From positions 124,001 through 188,000 of the forward strand of contig PPNB01000009.1 of NCBI GenBank assembly GCA_003707115.1: 64,000 bases of DNA, written 5' to 3'. The stretch is from Tortispora ganteri. Its lineage: Eukaryota. The translations under genes and the position numbers were made by a program. Under the pieces are notes generated by a model. It was not told the origin of the DNA. It did no database searches and worked only from the letters and a program-made list of their open reading frames with translations. Positions within the stretch are counted from its first letter, which is position 1; each line of letters opens with the position of its first letter. Shown here one piece after another: positions 32,065 to 42,823 of this stretch.

Positions 32065-33612
32065 TTAAAGTGTATAGCGGAATAATGGAGAACGATCGCC
32101 CATTGCCGCTAGCTCCTTGGCGGTATATTGCGCATAGATTTCCTCTTCGCTCATTTGGTCTCTCTTCTTGTTGATCGATTTTAAAACGAATAATAAGATG
32201 AAGCACGAAATAATACAACTGCCGCAAATACCAAGACATACACCATATCCTACAGGATAGTGTGGTGCTTGACTTTCGATGAAAATATTTGATCCAATGA
32301 CTCCTCCAAGGTTACCGAAGGTCAATTGCGCTGCAGATCCAAGTGTATGGCGCCAGCCTCCAATCAGATTGTTCGAGTTCCAAGCAATAACACCAGGGAA
32401 CGAAGCATTAATTCCAACCAGGATTAAAAATGTCGCAAAGTATACCGGAGCAACACTCGCAGTACAAATCGGGATAATCAATCCGGCAATGGATATCATA
32501 ATCGGTACAGCAATAAACGGCATACGGCGCTTCATACGGTCAGAATAATATGCTGTTGCCAAACAGCCAACGCATGCGCAGAAATATGGAGGAATAGTGA
32601 GCAGCTGAGAAACAGCGGTCGAAAATCCAAGACCTCTAATTACCACTGGCAACATGTATGTCAGTGCATAACCAGTTACCGAAACAGCCCAGAACTGAAT
32701 CACAGTGAGATAAATATAATAATTAGTGAGTGCCTCCCAAAGATATCTCCATTTCCATGGACCACGAGCTGATACATCTTGGAACTGTTCTGAGTTGAAT
32801 GTGCTTCGCAAAATCATAAATCTTTTCTCGTCTTCTGTTAACCATTTGGCATGCATAGGATCGTCAGGTAACATAGCAGCAGATGCTGTTCCGATGGTCA
32901 CAGTAGCCAAACCTTCAATAATGAAAATCCAGCGCCATCCTTCAAGACCAGCAATACCGTCCATGAAAGCAATTCCATATGCCAATAATCCTGAGAAAGC
33001 TCCGGACAAACTCGCGGTGGAGAAGAAAAACGCTACTCGTTTTTGAATCTCGTGACGTTGGTACCATATATTCAAGCAGTATATAGCACCAGGGAAGAAA
33101 CCAGCTTCCGCAACACCAAGGAAAAGTCGAGCAGCCCACAACCCCTTATAGTTCTGAACGACGCCAAAAAGAGTCATAATGGTACCCCAAACAAAAATCA
33201 AAATTGGAAGCCAAATTGAGGGACGAAGGTACCTCAAAACAATGTTTGATGGGATCTCAAAAACGGAATAGGTAATGAAGAAAAGGGTCAAAGCAATGTT
33301 GTATTGTTGGCCAGTCATCTCGAGATCAGTTTGCATACCAGCAATTCTGGCATTTCCGATGTTACCACGATCTAGGTATGCTAAAAGATAAAGAATGGCG
33401 AGAATTGGAGGCATGCGGTAATCGATCTTGCGCAGAAGTCGATTGCTTCCTCGAGGGCCCATACGCTCCAAGAGCTCCTCATATTCAACCCTCAATGCCT
33501 CAGTGTGTTCCTTGGTATGCACAGCGAAATGATCGGCACTGAGCCCAACTCCGCTCATTTTGACATTGTCAATGTGTTCAGCTGATGACGCACTTTTGTT
33601 GTCTAAAGACAT
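32065..33612 (-). CDS. MFS transporter, anion:cation symporter (Dal5/Tna1) family; most like nicotinic acid permeases
   Basis: LDRGNIGNARIAGM, FEIPSN, RLFLGVAEAGFFPG, LEGWRWIFIIEG, C-terminal GDRSPLFRYTL; first ATG at 33612; TATAAATA at 33714-33721. Confidence 0.9.
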   Translation of the reverse strand: MSLDNKSASSAEHIDNVKMSGVGLSADHFAVHTKEHTEALRVEYEELLERMGPRGSNRLLRKIDYRMPPILAILYLLAYLDRGNIGNARIAGMQTDLEMTGQQYNIALTLFFITYSVFEIPSNIVLRYLRPSIWLPILIFVWGTIMTLFGVVQNYKGLWAARLFLGVAEAGFFPGAIYCLNIWYQRHEIQKRVAFFFSTASLSGAFSGLLAYGIAFMDGIAGLEGWRWIFIIEGLATVTIGTASAAMLPDDPMHAKWLTEDEKRFMILRSTFNSEQFQDVSARGPWKWRYLWEALTNYYIYLTVIQFWAVSVTGYALTYMLPVVIRGLGFSTAVSQLLTIPPYFCACVGCLATAYYSDRMKRRMPFIAVPIMISIAGLIIPICTASVAPVYFATFLILVGINASFPGVIAWNSNNLIGGWRHTLGSAAQLTFGNLGGVIGSNIFIESQAPHYPVGYGVCLGICGSCIISCFILLFVLKSINKKRDQMSEEEIYAQYTAKELAAMGDRSPLFRYTL

Positions 33613-33757
33613 CCTGAAATCCTTATAATGCTTATGATTGAAATGAAAGCTAGCTATCTGAATACTTCCGTTAGTGGAATAGGAATTGTGATATCTTTCA
33701 AGCACGTCACGGATATTTATAGTCTGAGAGAATCACTCCTGCACTCATGTCTTCTCT

Positions 33758-33976
33758 GCGGGGGTTCATCTTCAAATCAACAGCCCCTCACATGATACTG
33801 CGGGGCACTTCTTGCCATTAATAGCAGATTGTTTTTCTTTAACGTAACTCTAAGAAAGTTGCCTGCTAGTCCTAATAATTACTGGTATGTGTCTTACTAT
33901 CTGCCTGTAAGAATAATGCGGGGCCATGGCTTCTGATTGGTCAATTTGTGAATTTCAAATACTTGGCACAGCGGGG
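33758..33976. promoter_or_regulatory. Cluster of four GCGGGG (Mig1/CreA SYGGRG-type) sites in the transporter promoter
   Basis: GCGGGG at 33758, 33800, 33918 and 33971, all in the same orientation. Confidence 0.6.
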
Positions 33977-34603
33977 CTGCAAGTTTTGTAACTTTTCGGT
34001 GAAAGCCTTACGAGGGGGCTGAAATGCGATTTCGTCTTATATTTTTTAAACTGATATTGTCATAATGGAGAGATTATAGCGGTGCTTACGGCTTAAATTG
34101 TCTTCGTGTCAATCAAAAGCGTTATTGACATTTACGCGAATTACCCATTGAATGCACTATTCAATGGGGTTGCAATGCAATTGAGAACTTTACCAATCCA
34201 GGAAACAGAGAGGTGATTCTCAAAAGAAGTAATTTTTAAGTATTCAGTGATATCCTATGATTTGATGAAATATGCCTGTGCTCATGAGGCCTAATCCCGA
34301 TCGGTTCATCACTGGTGCTGATTTTCCTCTTCGGATAGTTTCAGATGTTGACTCTAACTCTGAAAAACTCTTCCGAATAAAGGCTTGGCAGCGCGCTCTG
34401 TGCTCGTCGGCTGTACAGAACAATCGCCGATCTGACCGAAACAAGTTTTGCGTGCTTTGCTTCCTCAATCAATGCCTACTTAAGTAAATCTACCAATTGT
34501 TCTCTACCTTAATCACATCAATTTTGGCGTGATTATGTTACTCAATGCGTGCTATTGCGCTGCTTTATCTGCAATCACATCTGTATGTGATCAAACGAGA
34601 CGA

Positions 34604-34638
34604 GGTTAGTCTCGATCGGAGACCGATCGAGACTAACC
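34604..34638. repeat. Perfect inverted repeat, 16-bp arms with a 3-nt loop
   Basis: GGTTAGTCTCGATCGG-AGA-CCGATCGAGACTAACC. Confidence 0.95.
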
Positions 34639-36188
34639 CAGTAAATCTCGGATTAGAAGCTTCATATGACTCTGAAGGTGCAATTGTTGGTTCGTTAGGT
34701 TTTTATTCTTTGAATAGAAGCAACTTATTGGGCATTTAAGCTGACAATATTGCCCTTACAATCAAATCTCTTTGAGTCATGAGCATTGTCCTGTTCAAGT
34801 GCAACATAGGCAAACCTCGCAGCTCGAAACTCGCAAAAGTATATTGCTATTGATCAACTGGGCAAAACCACGCATGAAAGAATGGTATATATTAATTTGA
34901 TTAGCTGTGCGCGGAAATTAACACGGTTTTTTATTGTGCAGGCCGATCGCGAAGACTTTTCTGCGATTAGACGAGCACCCACAACGGCTCGATCTACTCA
35001 CTCAGTGGTCTGATGACAGTTACCTCGAACTTCTACGGCTAACAAGAAACATATCGGTTTTCAAACTATATCAGTGTGATCTGCGGGGCAGGATAATGAG
35101 ATCATACTAGTCGATACTGCTTGTCTCCGCGTTCCTTTACATACTTCTGAACTCGGAGTTAAACCAGACTAGAAATAGTTAATTCAAACGTCAAAAATAC
35201 TCCGAAAATGGACAATTTACCCTTGGGGTAGAATCATGCATGTGAAGAGAAATCCTCGGTATTCACATAATAAAGTTTCGAAGCGAAAGATCCTCCAAAT
35301 ACTCTTCAGGAACAATATATCCAGGCATGTTCAATGAGAACTCTCTCTCCATTCTCTATTACCGGTACGTTATACACACGTTAGTGGAACTTTCATGGTT
35401 TGAAGGATGTACTGGGAAGACTATATATGGATTTGAATTTGTTAAAAGGCTGGCGATGTCATGAATGTCATTTGAGGCTGAACGTATGACCTGAACCGGG
35501 ACAATTAGTCGATCTTGATGATCTACACCCAAACCCCGCATCATTCTCATATCGGGAAAGTCTATTTTGGGAAATATGACCTTCCCATCAACTAAAATGG
35601 TATAATACGCTGTGCATCGTGTACAGACAGCGAAACAGTTACTAGAAGTACGCTGTTGAATATATTGGATTAGAATTTGTTCTAACATGCAAACACAGAC
35701 TGATACATTGAATATAAATACAAACAATGAGGTTCAACAGGGCCAATGGCTGGAAATAAAGCCTCGGATTTCTCTACCTAAAGTTCCAATCTCTGCCGAT
35801 TCAGTCTCGTGAGCACCTAATATGCAAGAAGATCATACTATAATAATTCCGTTATTTTCCGATACTGCACCTAATAGGGTTTTGCCGGATAGCGATATAC
35901 TTTTTTTTTCTTGTCTTAATTGCTGTTTAATTTGAGAAATGCGCCGGCATATGACTTTATTATTTTGGCCAAAGAATTAAACGATAGTTGGTTTGATTGG
36001 GGGAAAGCACACACTAACTTTGATCCAATGACCATACATAGTAAGTGGGGTCAGGCTGGGCATTATTCCTTTTCGTTGCAAGCAACTATGTATGCATCAA
36101 ACAACGTTTTATATCGTATACCCCTCACATACATCGTGAACGGCCAACAATAAGTCCGCCGGCTTTGCTGCTCCACTGGAAACATTCT

Positions 36189-37463
36189 CTACCAACGCTT
36201 AGTTTCATCTCCTTCAGCCCAACTTTCCTCAGTGTACCCTAAGATCTGTTTCACTTTGCATACAGTAGCAAAATCTCCGCTATGCTTGTCAGGATGATCG
36301 CTAAGTTTAATTGCAGGTTTCCCATTAATTGCGCTGATCTTTATTACTATATTGAGAGGTTTTGAGTCTGCAAAATCGTTAGTGAAATACGTGCCTATAC
36401 CAAAACTTGGTACGAGACCATGGCTTAGCGCTGCTTCTCTGTACTTGATACATTTTTCTTCATTTAAAGAGTCGCTGTACACTATTGCCTTTGATCCAGG
36501 GCTGTATCCGAGGTTCCTGTAGTGCTCACTTATCAGTTCAGTGTATTTCATGGGGTCTCCAGAGTCGTGTCTAACTCCTGCATACATATCCGACAGAGGC
36601 GGCAGAAAACACTTCAAAAAGGTCTTAGTGCCGATAGTGTCTGTCAACGCGACGCCGGCGTACTTGGATCCGTATATCTGCAGCCACTGTTCCAGAGCGA
36701 GCTTATTGGCATTCACATAATCTCCAGTAATAGCTGCGATTCCCATTGTCCATTCATGTGCCACTGTTCCAATGGGTTTCAAGCCATACTTTCTGGCGAA
36801 ATATACGTTAGAAGTGCCAGTAAGTATACCTTTTTCAGTTGGTAGCGTATCAAATTTGAGCTCGAGCTCGGCGACGTAGTCCCGCTGTGCCTCAAGAAGC
36901 CCCTGTATCACAGTATCTTGAATCTCAAAGGATCTGCGACGTCTAGTGCCGAAATCTGCGAAGTGACAGTTGCCATGCAGGAGTTTAAGACCTTTTGATT
37001 TAGCGAGATCGAATTGGCCATCTGATGTCCAGTTGGTATCGACAAACTTGAAATATGCTGCAGAGATAAGCGCCAGAACGGGGATCTCGTAAAGTATAGT
37101 TACTTTCCAGAGTCCTTGAATAGATATATTCAAGTTACCTGAAGACTCTTCAAATTCAATAGTTACCTCTTTATCTGGGTCTAGTTTGAATTCGCTTAAT
37201 AGCGTATAGTAGTCGTCTGGTAGCTGGGGTACAGCTTCTCGCAAGTATGCAATTTCGTCTTCTGAGAAACGCAAATCTGCTAGTGATTTCACTTGCGCTT
37301 TTATCCAATTAACTGCGGGATATGTGAATGTTTTCTGAATGGTTCTATTAGTGAATTCATAGCTGGCAATGGCATCTGGATAGAATCGATTCACCGCCGC
37401 TTGCATAGTGAACTTGTACAGATCTGTGTCGAGAAATCCATGAATTTCAAACTGATTGTCCAT
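36189..37463 (-). CDS. NPT1: Nicotinate phosphoribosyltransferase
   Basis: LDTDLYKFTM, DFGTRRRRS, GTSNV, GTVAHEW (phospho-His), GVRHDSGDP, YSDSLN, FGIGT, KLSD. Confidence 0.97.
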   Translation of the reverse strand: MDNQFEIHGFLDTDLYKFTMQAAVNRFYPDAIASYEFTNRTIQKTFTYPAVNWIKAQVKSLADLRFSEDEIAYLREAVPQLPDDYYTLLSEFKLDPDKEVTIEFEESSGNLNISIQGLWKVTILYEIPVLALISAAYFKFVDTNWTSDGQFDLAKSKGLKLLHGNCHFADFGTRRRRSFEIQDTVIQGLLEAQRDYVAELELKFDTLPTEKGILTGTSNVYFARKYGLKPIGTVAHEWTMGIAAITGDYVNANKLALEQWLQIYGSKYAGVALTDTIGTKTFLKCFLPPLSDMYAGVRHDSGDPMKYTELISEHYRNLGYSPGSKAIVYSDSLNEEKCIKYREAALSHGLVPSFGIGTYFTNDFADSKPLNIVIKISAINGKPAIKLSDHPDKHSGDFATVCKVKQILGYTEESWAEGDETKRW

Positions 37464-37738
37464 ATTTTATCTTGATTATTTTAACTGTCTTGATTTTTCT
37501 AATTCGTCTTATTTATTTATAATGGCTATTCTTCGATAAGTCGAAAATTAAATTAGCAAACTGATCATCTTTGTGCGATGCTGAAAATCGTTATGGACAA
37601 AATTAAGGTTTTATTAAAATAACATTTCTCTTCCCCCCCGTGTTCAACTCTGTTAGTAGCCTGCTCCAATACTTCATCACTCACTAAACTGCCTTCTTTG
37701 CCTAGTTTCACCATATAAAGCATTGGTTGTATTCTAGC

Positions 37739-40700
37739 ATGGCGCAATACCCTGCATCATTGGCTGCTGACTATGAAATTGGTGATACAAATCATGTACA
37801 GTCATCCGTATGCCCGCCTGAATCAGCAACCTCTGTACAGCGATCAGACTCAAACGTCAATAACGGCGGCCTACCTCCACTTGAACCCCGAATGATCCCT
37901 GTTGCAGGCACAGACAGTTGGCGTCGTAGAAAGAAGCCACTGTCTCTTTCACAGTTTGAGTCGCTTCCACAGATCCTTAAATTTCGCGGATCCTCTTTGC
38001 CCAAAGAAACCGCCATCATGACTCTAGACACAAAAGGCAAACAACTTGCCGCAATATCCTGGGAAAAGATCAAATCTCGCTCCGAAAAAGTTGCAAATAT
38101 TTTACACAACCACTCCGGTCTCTACCGCGAAGATCGAGTCGCTCTCGTGTTCAAAGAAGACGAAGTAGTAGATTTCGTCGTAGCCCTCATGGGTTGCATC
38201 ATCGCCGGCGTTACTGCCGTCCCTGTAGTTGACGGTCTCGACAATCTCGTTGATATGAACTACATCCTCTCATACTGTCGCGCCCATATTGTCCTTACTA
38301 CCGAAGCTGACTTAAAGTTCCTGCAGAAAACGCTTGCTGCCAAAAAACTGCCTTGGCCCCGCGGTGTCGAGTGGTGGAAAATCGACACTTTCGGCTCCTA
38401 CCATGCACGAAAAAACTCACCTGATGTCTACCAGACACCTGCAGAGCTCTCTTACATAGAATTTTCAAAGGGCCCCACCGGCGAGTATCGCGGTGTCGCT
38501 ATTTCTCACAAAACCATTATGCACCAAATGTACTGCATCTCCTCCATTCTTTCGTCCAAACCCAATCATACAACATCTACTCAGCTCGACTACCACAGCG
38601 AAATATGCCATCTCAATTCTGCTTCTGGTGCTGATATATTCATGAGCTACCTTGACACTAGAAACTCTATCGGACTCGTCCTGGGTGTCCTTTACAGCAT
38701 ATACAATGGCAACGTCCTTCTCTGGATGCCTCACGAAGCTCTCAAAAACCCCGGCTTATATGCCCACATTATCACAAAATACAGCGCAACACATCTGCTT
38801 TCGGACTATCCGGGACTGAAACAGGTTGCCTTCAACTATCAGTCTTTCCCTCTGGTAACTAGAAACTTCTCCAAGAAACTCAAGGTAAACCTCTCAAATG
38901 TTAAATGGTGTCTTATAGACTGTTTGACTGTTGACTCTGAGTTTAATGAAATGCTGTCTGACCGTTGGTTCAAGCCGCTTGGCCACTTGCAGCCGCGCAA
39001 CGTTCCCGCACCCATGCTCTCTCTCTCCGAGAATGGTGGCATGTTCATAGCTGTGCGCGACTGGATTGGCAAACAAGATATCCTAGGTTGTCCTATTGAC
39101 CCGCCTACCGCTGAAGACGATTCTGCTCCAGCCTCGGACTTGTCAGAACTGCTCTTACAACGATCTGCGCTGCTTACTAACACCATCAAGATCCTCTCAG
39201 ATTGTCCGCGGACAATGTACGAAGACTCTGTTCCTGACTCTATTCGCGTCGGTGCCTTTGGATTCCCTATTCCAGACGCAACAATAGCAGTTGTTGACCC
39301 TGAAACTAGGAACCTAGTGCCCAGTATGGCTGTCGGAGAAATTTGGGTTGATAGCCCTTCTTTGAGCGGCGGCTTTTGGGGGATGGACACCGCTACAATG
39401 GCAATTTTCAGAGCACGAATCAAAAATTGTCCAGAATATGAAGATGTCGGCTTTCTGCGTACTGGACTGTTGGGATTCATATATAATGGCAAGATTTACA
39501 TCCTCGGCCTTTATGAAGATAGACTGCGTCAACGCCTGATCGAATCAAAGTATGGAGAAGTCATTCTGCGGAACGAATACCAATACTTTTATTCTACTCA
39601 TTTGGCGCAAACTATTATTCGTAGTGTGCCTAGTATTTACGACTGTGCTAGCTTTGACATATACCTTAACGAGGAGTACTACCCGGTACTCATAATTGAG
39701 TCGCCACTGGCTATTACCACACCGCTTGACAACACCGAAAAACCATTAGAGCTTGACGATAATGCTCTCAGGGCAGTAACATTGCGCGTGATGTACTGCT
39801 TAAAGGATGTCCACAAAATTCAGGTATACTGTATTATGGTAGTAGAGCCTGATTCTCTTTCACGCACTATTCGCAATGGCCGAAGACAGATAGGAAACAT
39901 GTTGTGCAAGCGTAAGTACGAAATGGGAAATATACCTGCCGTGTATATTCGGTTTTTTACTGATCAAGCTATGCTCAATGTTGCAGTTGGTCCAGATATT
40001 AACAGCAGCATATTCTCGCGTGAAGTCTCGCAACTCAGATTGATGTACTGCGACCCTGACCAGCGTCAGATATCGAGTCTCGACAATAGGCCACATGTTC
40101 AAGATGAGCAGTCCAAGACAGATTTAACCTCTTTCAGCACGTTTTTCGAGCTAATTCAGTTCAGAGTCAAAACTTCTCCTGAAAGCGTTGTATACAGTAA
40201 TATAGATTCAAGATGCAAAGAATCAAGAATATGGACTTGGAAAAGATACGATAACAAAATTGCACAAATTGCTATGTATATGCGCAACAAAGCTCGGGTT
40301 AAAGCTGGAGATCGTGTTATACTGATATACACCCACTCTGATGATTTTGTGTTTGCTGTCCACGCATGTATGGCGCTAGGTGCCATTGCTATACCGCTTA
40401 GTCCCTTTGACATTAGCCGTTTATCGGAAGATGTTCCTGCATTTTTGAGCATTATTTCAGACTATAAAGTCAGTGCAATTTTTGTCAATTCTGAGATAGA
40501 TTCTCATCTAAAAGACAAGCGAGTATCGTCTCAAATTAAACAGGCCGCAAAGATTCTGAAACTAGCCGTCCCTAAGACCTATAATACTTCTAAGCCGCCA
40601 AAATACAGTGGTAACTGCATGGATGCTAACCTTAATGGAGGGAAGCGCGGTTTGACTGACGAAGTTCTAGTATGGGTGTACTGGAATGCAGACCACAGGC

Positions 40701-41935
40701 GAACTGCTGTTACAATGACAAACCAGAGCCTTCTAGGCGTGTGCAAGGTGCAGAAAACCACATTTCAAATGAAAAGCAATCACCCACTACTTGCTTGTGT
40801 TAGAAGTACTGTCGGATTAGGCTTTATCTATACATGTTTGTTGGGGACCTATTTAGGTGTGACCACCTATCTTTTGTCTCCATTGGATTTTGCTAACACG
40901 CCAATGCTTCTGTATCTTGCAGCCAGTCGTTACAAAATATGCGATTTGTACGCTACACCTCAAATGATTGAGCATTCACTACGTTCTGAACTAGCTAAGT
41001 CTATCAATCTCAAAAACCTGAAGAACTTGATGATCTCATATGATTTGCGGCCTAATCTTGATGTCTATAAAAAGGCTAGAGCCGCCTTTGGGGCATTGGG
41101 ACTTGAAAACACAGCATTGGTTAATCTGTACAGCCATGTTCTAAATCCTATGATTTCTACGCGGTCATATATGGCCATGGATCCTATCGAACTCTGGCTG
41201 GATACGGTTGCGCTAAGGCAGGGACTCGTGCGCTATCTTCAGGCCGGCAGCACTGTCTCTGCCCTGAGAGTTCAAGACTCGGGTATGGTCCCTGTGCAAA
41301 CGCAGATAGCTATTGTGAATCCGGAGACAAGGAAAGTATGCTGTGCAGGCGAACTTGGCGAGATATGGGTTTCTTCCGAAGGAAATGTTGCAGGATTCTA
41401 CAAGTCGTCGGACATATTCGACAGTGCGCGTATGAATGGAAAGATTATTGATGAGGAAGGCATTGAAGACGAGTCGCAATTGTACATGCGGACCGCGGAT
41501 TTAGGATTTTTGCACAAAGTTATTCGACCAATTGGACCGAATGGTTCTGAGATTGTGATGCAGGCGCTATTTGTTGTGGGAAGCATAGCTGAAAGTTTCG
41601 AGTTGTTTGGATTGAACCACTTCCCGCGCGACATAGAAACAACTATAGAGCAGTCGCACAAATGCATATGTCGTGAAGGTTCTGCTATATATTTGTGTGC
41701 AGGAAAGACTGTTGTCATAGTTGAGATCAATCGTAAGAACTACCTTCCGTCTGTGGTGCCGTCTATCGTGAACAATATTCTGGACAAGCATCAGTTGATG
41801 ACAGATATTGTTGTGCTAGTTCCTGCGGGCAAATTTCCGAAATCTAGGTTGGGCGAAAAGCAACGCGGAAAGACGTTGCATTATTGGATGAAAGGCAAGC
41901 TTCCTATTTTGCAGCAATTTGATATCACGTCTTAA
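37739..41935 (+). CDS. CMR2: DIP2/Cps1-family protein with tandem acyl-AMP ligase-like domains
   Basis: Two adenylate-forming-like halves (YIEFSKGPTGE.RGV, GEIWVDSPSLSGGFW, FLRTGLLGF; second half GEIWVSSEGN, MRTADLGF, SRLGEKQRGK); first ATG at 37739. Confidence 0.88.
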   Translation: MAQYPASLAADYEIGDTNHVQSSVCPPESATSVQRSDSNVNNGGLPPLEPRMIPVAGTDSWRRRKKPLSLSQFESLPQILKFRGSSLPKETAIMTLDTKGKQLAAISWEKIKSRSEKVANILHNHSGLYREDRVALVFKEDEVVDFVVALMGCIIAGVTAVPVVDGLDNLVDMNYILSYCRAHIVLTTEADLKFLQKTLAAKKLPWPRGVEWWKIDTFGSYHARKNSPDVYQTPAELSYIEFSKGPTGEYRGVAISHKTIMHQMYCISSILSSKPNHTTSTQLDYHSEICHLNSASGADIFMSYLDTRNSIGLVLGVLYSIYNGNVLLWMPHEALKNPGLYAHIITKYSATHLLSDYPGLKQVAFNYQSFPLVTRNFSKKLKVNLSNVKWCLIDCLTVDSEFNEMLSDRWFKPLGHLQPRNVPAPMLSLSENGGMFIAVRDWIGKQDILGCPIDPPTAEDDSAPASDLSELLLQRSALLTNTIKILSDCPRTMYEDSVPDSIRVGAFGFPIPDATIAVVDPETRNLVPSMAVGEIWVDSPSLSGGFWGMDTATMAIFRARIKNCPEYEDVGFLRTGLLGFIYNGKIYILGLYEDRLRQRLIESKYGEVILRNEYQYFYSTHLAQTIIRSVPSIYDCASFDIYLNEEYYPVLIIESPLAITTPLDNTEKPLELDDNALRAVTLRVMYCLKDVHKIQVYCIMVVEPDSLSRTIRNGRRQIGNMLCKRKYEMGNIPAVYIRFFTDQAMLNVAVGPDINSSIFSREVSQLRLMYCDPDQRQISSLDNRPHVQDEQSKTDLTSFSTFFELIQFRVKTSPESVVYSNIDSRCKESRIWTWKRYDNKIAQIAMYMRNKARVKAGDRVILIYTHSDDFVFAVHACMALGAIAIPLSPFDISRLSEDVPAFLSIISDYKVSAIFVNSEIDSHLKDKRVSSQIKQAAKILKLAVPKTYNTSKPPKYSGNCMDANLNGGKRGLTDEVLVWVYWNADHRRTAVTMTNQSLLGVCKVQKTTFQMKSNHPLLACVRSTVGLGFIYTCLLGTYLGVTTYLLSPLDFANTPMLLYLAASRYKICDLYATPQMIEHSLRSELAKSINLKNLKNLMISYDLRPNLDVYKKARAAFGALGLENTALVNLYSHVLNPMISTRSYMAMDPIELWLDTVALRQGLVRYLQAGSTVSALRVQDSGMVPVQTQIAIVNPETRKVCCAGELGEIWVSSEGNVAGFYKSSDIFDSARMNGKIIDEEGIEDESQLYMRTADLGFLHKVIRPIGPNGSEIVMQALFVVGSIAESFELFGLNHFPRDIETTIEQSHKCICREGSAIYLCAGKTVVIVEINRKNYLPSVVPSIVNNILDKHQLMTDIVVLVPAGKFPKSRLGEKQRGKTLHYWMKGKLPILQQFDITS

Positions 41936-41973
41936 TTGAGATCGTACTGACGATGACCATTTATTTTTTGTTG

Positions 41974-42594
41974 TTATGTTATAGTAATATTTTGTGTTTG
42001 AGCAATTTCAGCACTTGCGTCGTCGAGCGCGAATAAGCGTTGTTTGACTGTTTGTGTGAGCCAGTCTAGCGCTAAGTCGAGGTTCTCACCGGTACAGGCG
42101 CTGACGGGAAAGATCCTGTAGTCGGAGACTGCTAGCGCTTGTATGTTCTGCGGGCTAAATAAGGACTCTGCCTGTTTAATAAGTTGTTGGTGGCGTTCTA
42201 TGGGAATTGTGTCAACTTTGTTGAGCAGTATGAGAAGTATTGATCCGAGCAACCGGTCCTCCTGGAGGACGTCGATGAGGGTAGTGTAGCACTCTGTGAA
42301 CCGCTCTGGCATTTGCATGTCGACAACCCATATAAGGCATTCTGATTTTTCAAAATAATTACGCCAGAACGGGCGCAAGGACCGCTGACCACCAATATCC
42401 CATACATTAAAGTTGAGCCCCGCGTGGTGGAGGTGTTTTATAGTAAAACCGAATGTGGGACTGACGTGGGTGATATCCTCGTGCATATAATATGCAAGTA
42501 TTGTGGATTTCCCAGCATTGTCAAGACCAAGGATAAGTACACGTACCTCTTTCTGTTTACGTTTTGTTTTCCTGATAACCGAAAGCAGCCCCAT
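41974..42594 (-). CDS. CIN4: Arf-like GTPase Arl2 (tubulin folding)
   Basis: MGLLSVIRKTK.K.KEVRVLILGLDNAGKST, WDIGGQRSLRPFWRNYFEK, NKVD, SACTG. Confidence 0.88.
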   Translation of the reverse strand: MGLLSVIRKTKRKQKEVRVLILGLDNAGKSTILAYYMHEDITHVSPTFGFTIKHLHHAGLNFNVWDIGGQRSLRPFWRNYFEKSECLIWVVDMQMPERFTECYTTLIDVLQEDRLLGSILLILLNKVDTIPIERHQQLIKQAESLFSPQNIQALAVSDYRIFPVSACTGENLDLALDWLTQTVKQRLFALDDASAEIAQTQNITIT

Positions 42595-42764
42595 ATTGTT
42601 CAGCGATCACCTATATTTTGAGGTGGTGGCACGGGTGGGCTGTTAAAGTGGGCTCACCAGTTGGGAGTTAGCTGATATTAGAAATTGCGAACTTTGATCG
42701 CCATTGCACCTTCTCCTATTGGAAAGAGACATCGCGAGTCGCCGGCAGAAGAAATTACATCGGT

Positions 42765-42785
42765 ACGCGTTCTAGATTGACGCGT
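42765..42785. promoter_or_regulatory. Two MCB boxes (ACGCGT) in the divergent CIN4/ALO1 promoter
   Basis: ACGCGT at 42765-42770 and 42780-42785, followed by TATATAAA before ALO1. Confidence 0.5.
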
Positions 42786-42823
42786 GTCTTCACGAGCATA
42801 TATAAACTTACTGGTCTATTGAT

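Noticed and set aside
33613..34300. TPP riboswitch upstream of the transporter
   Set aside because: The conserved CTGAGA and GATCTGGATAATxCCAGCG motifs were not found on the coding strand.
34760..34777. AATCA-N8-TGAGT resembling the Vhr1 response element (AATCA-N8-TGAYT)
   Set aside because: One mismatch to the consensus, over 1.1 kb from the transporter ATG, and a single copy.
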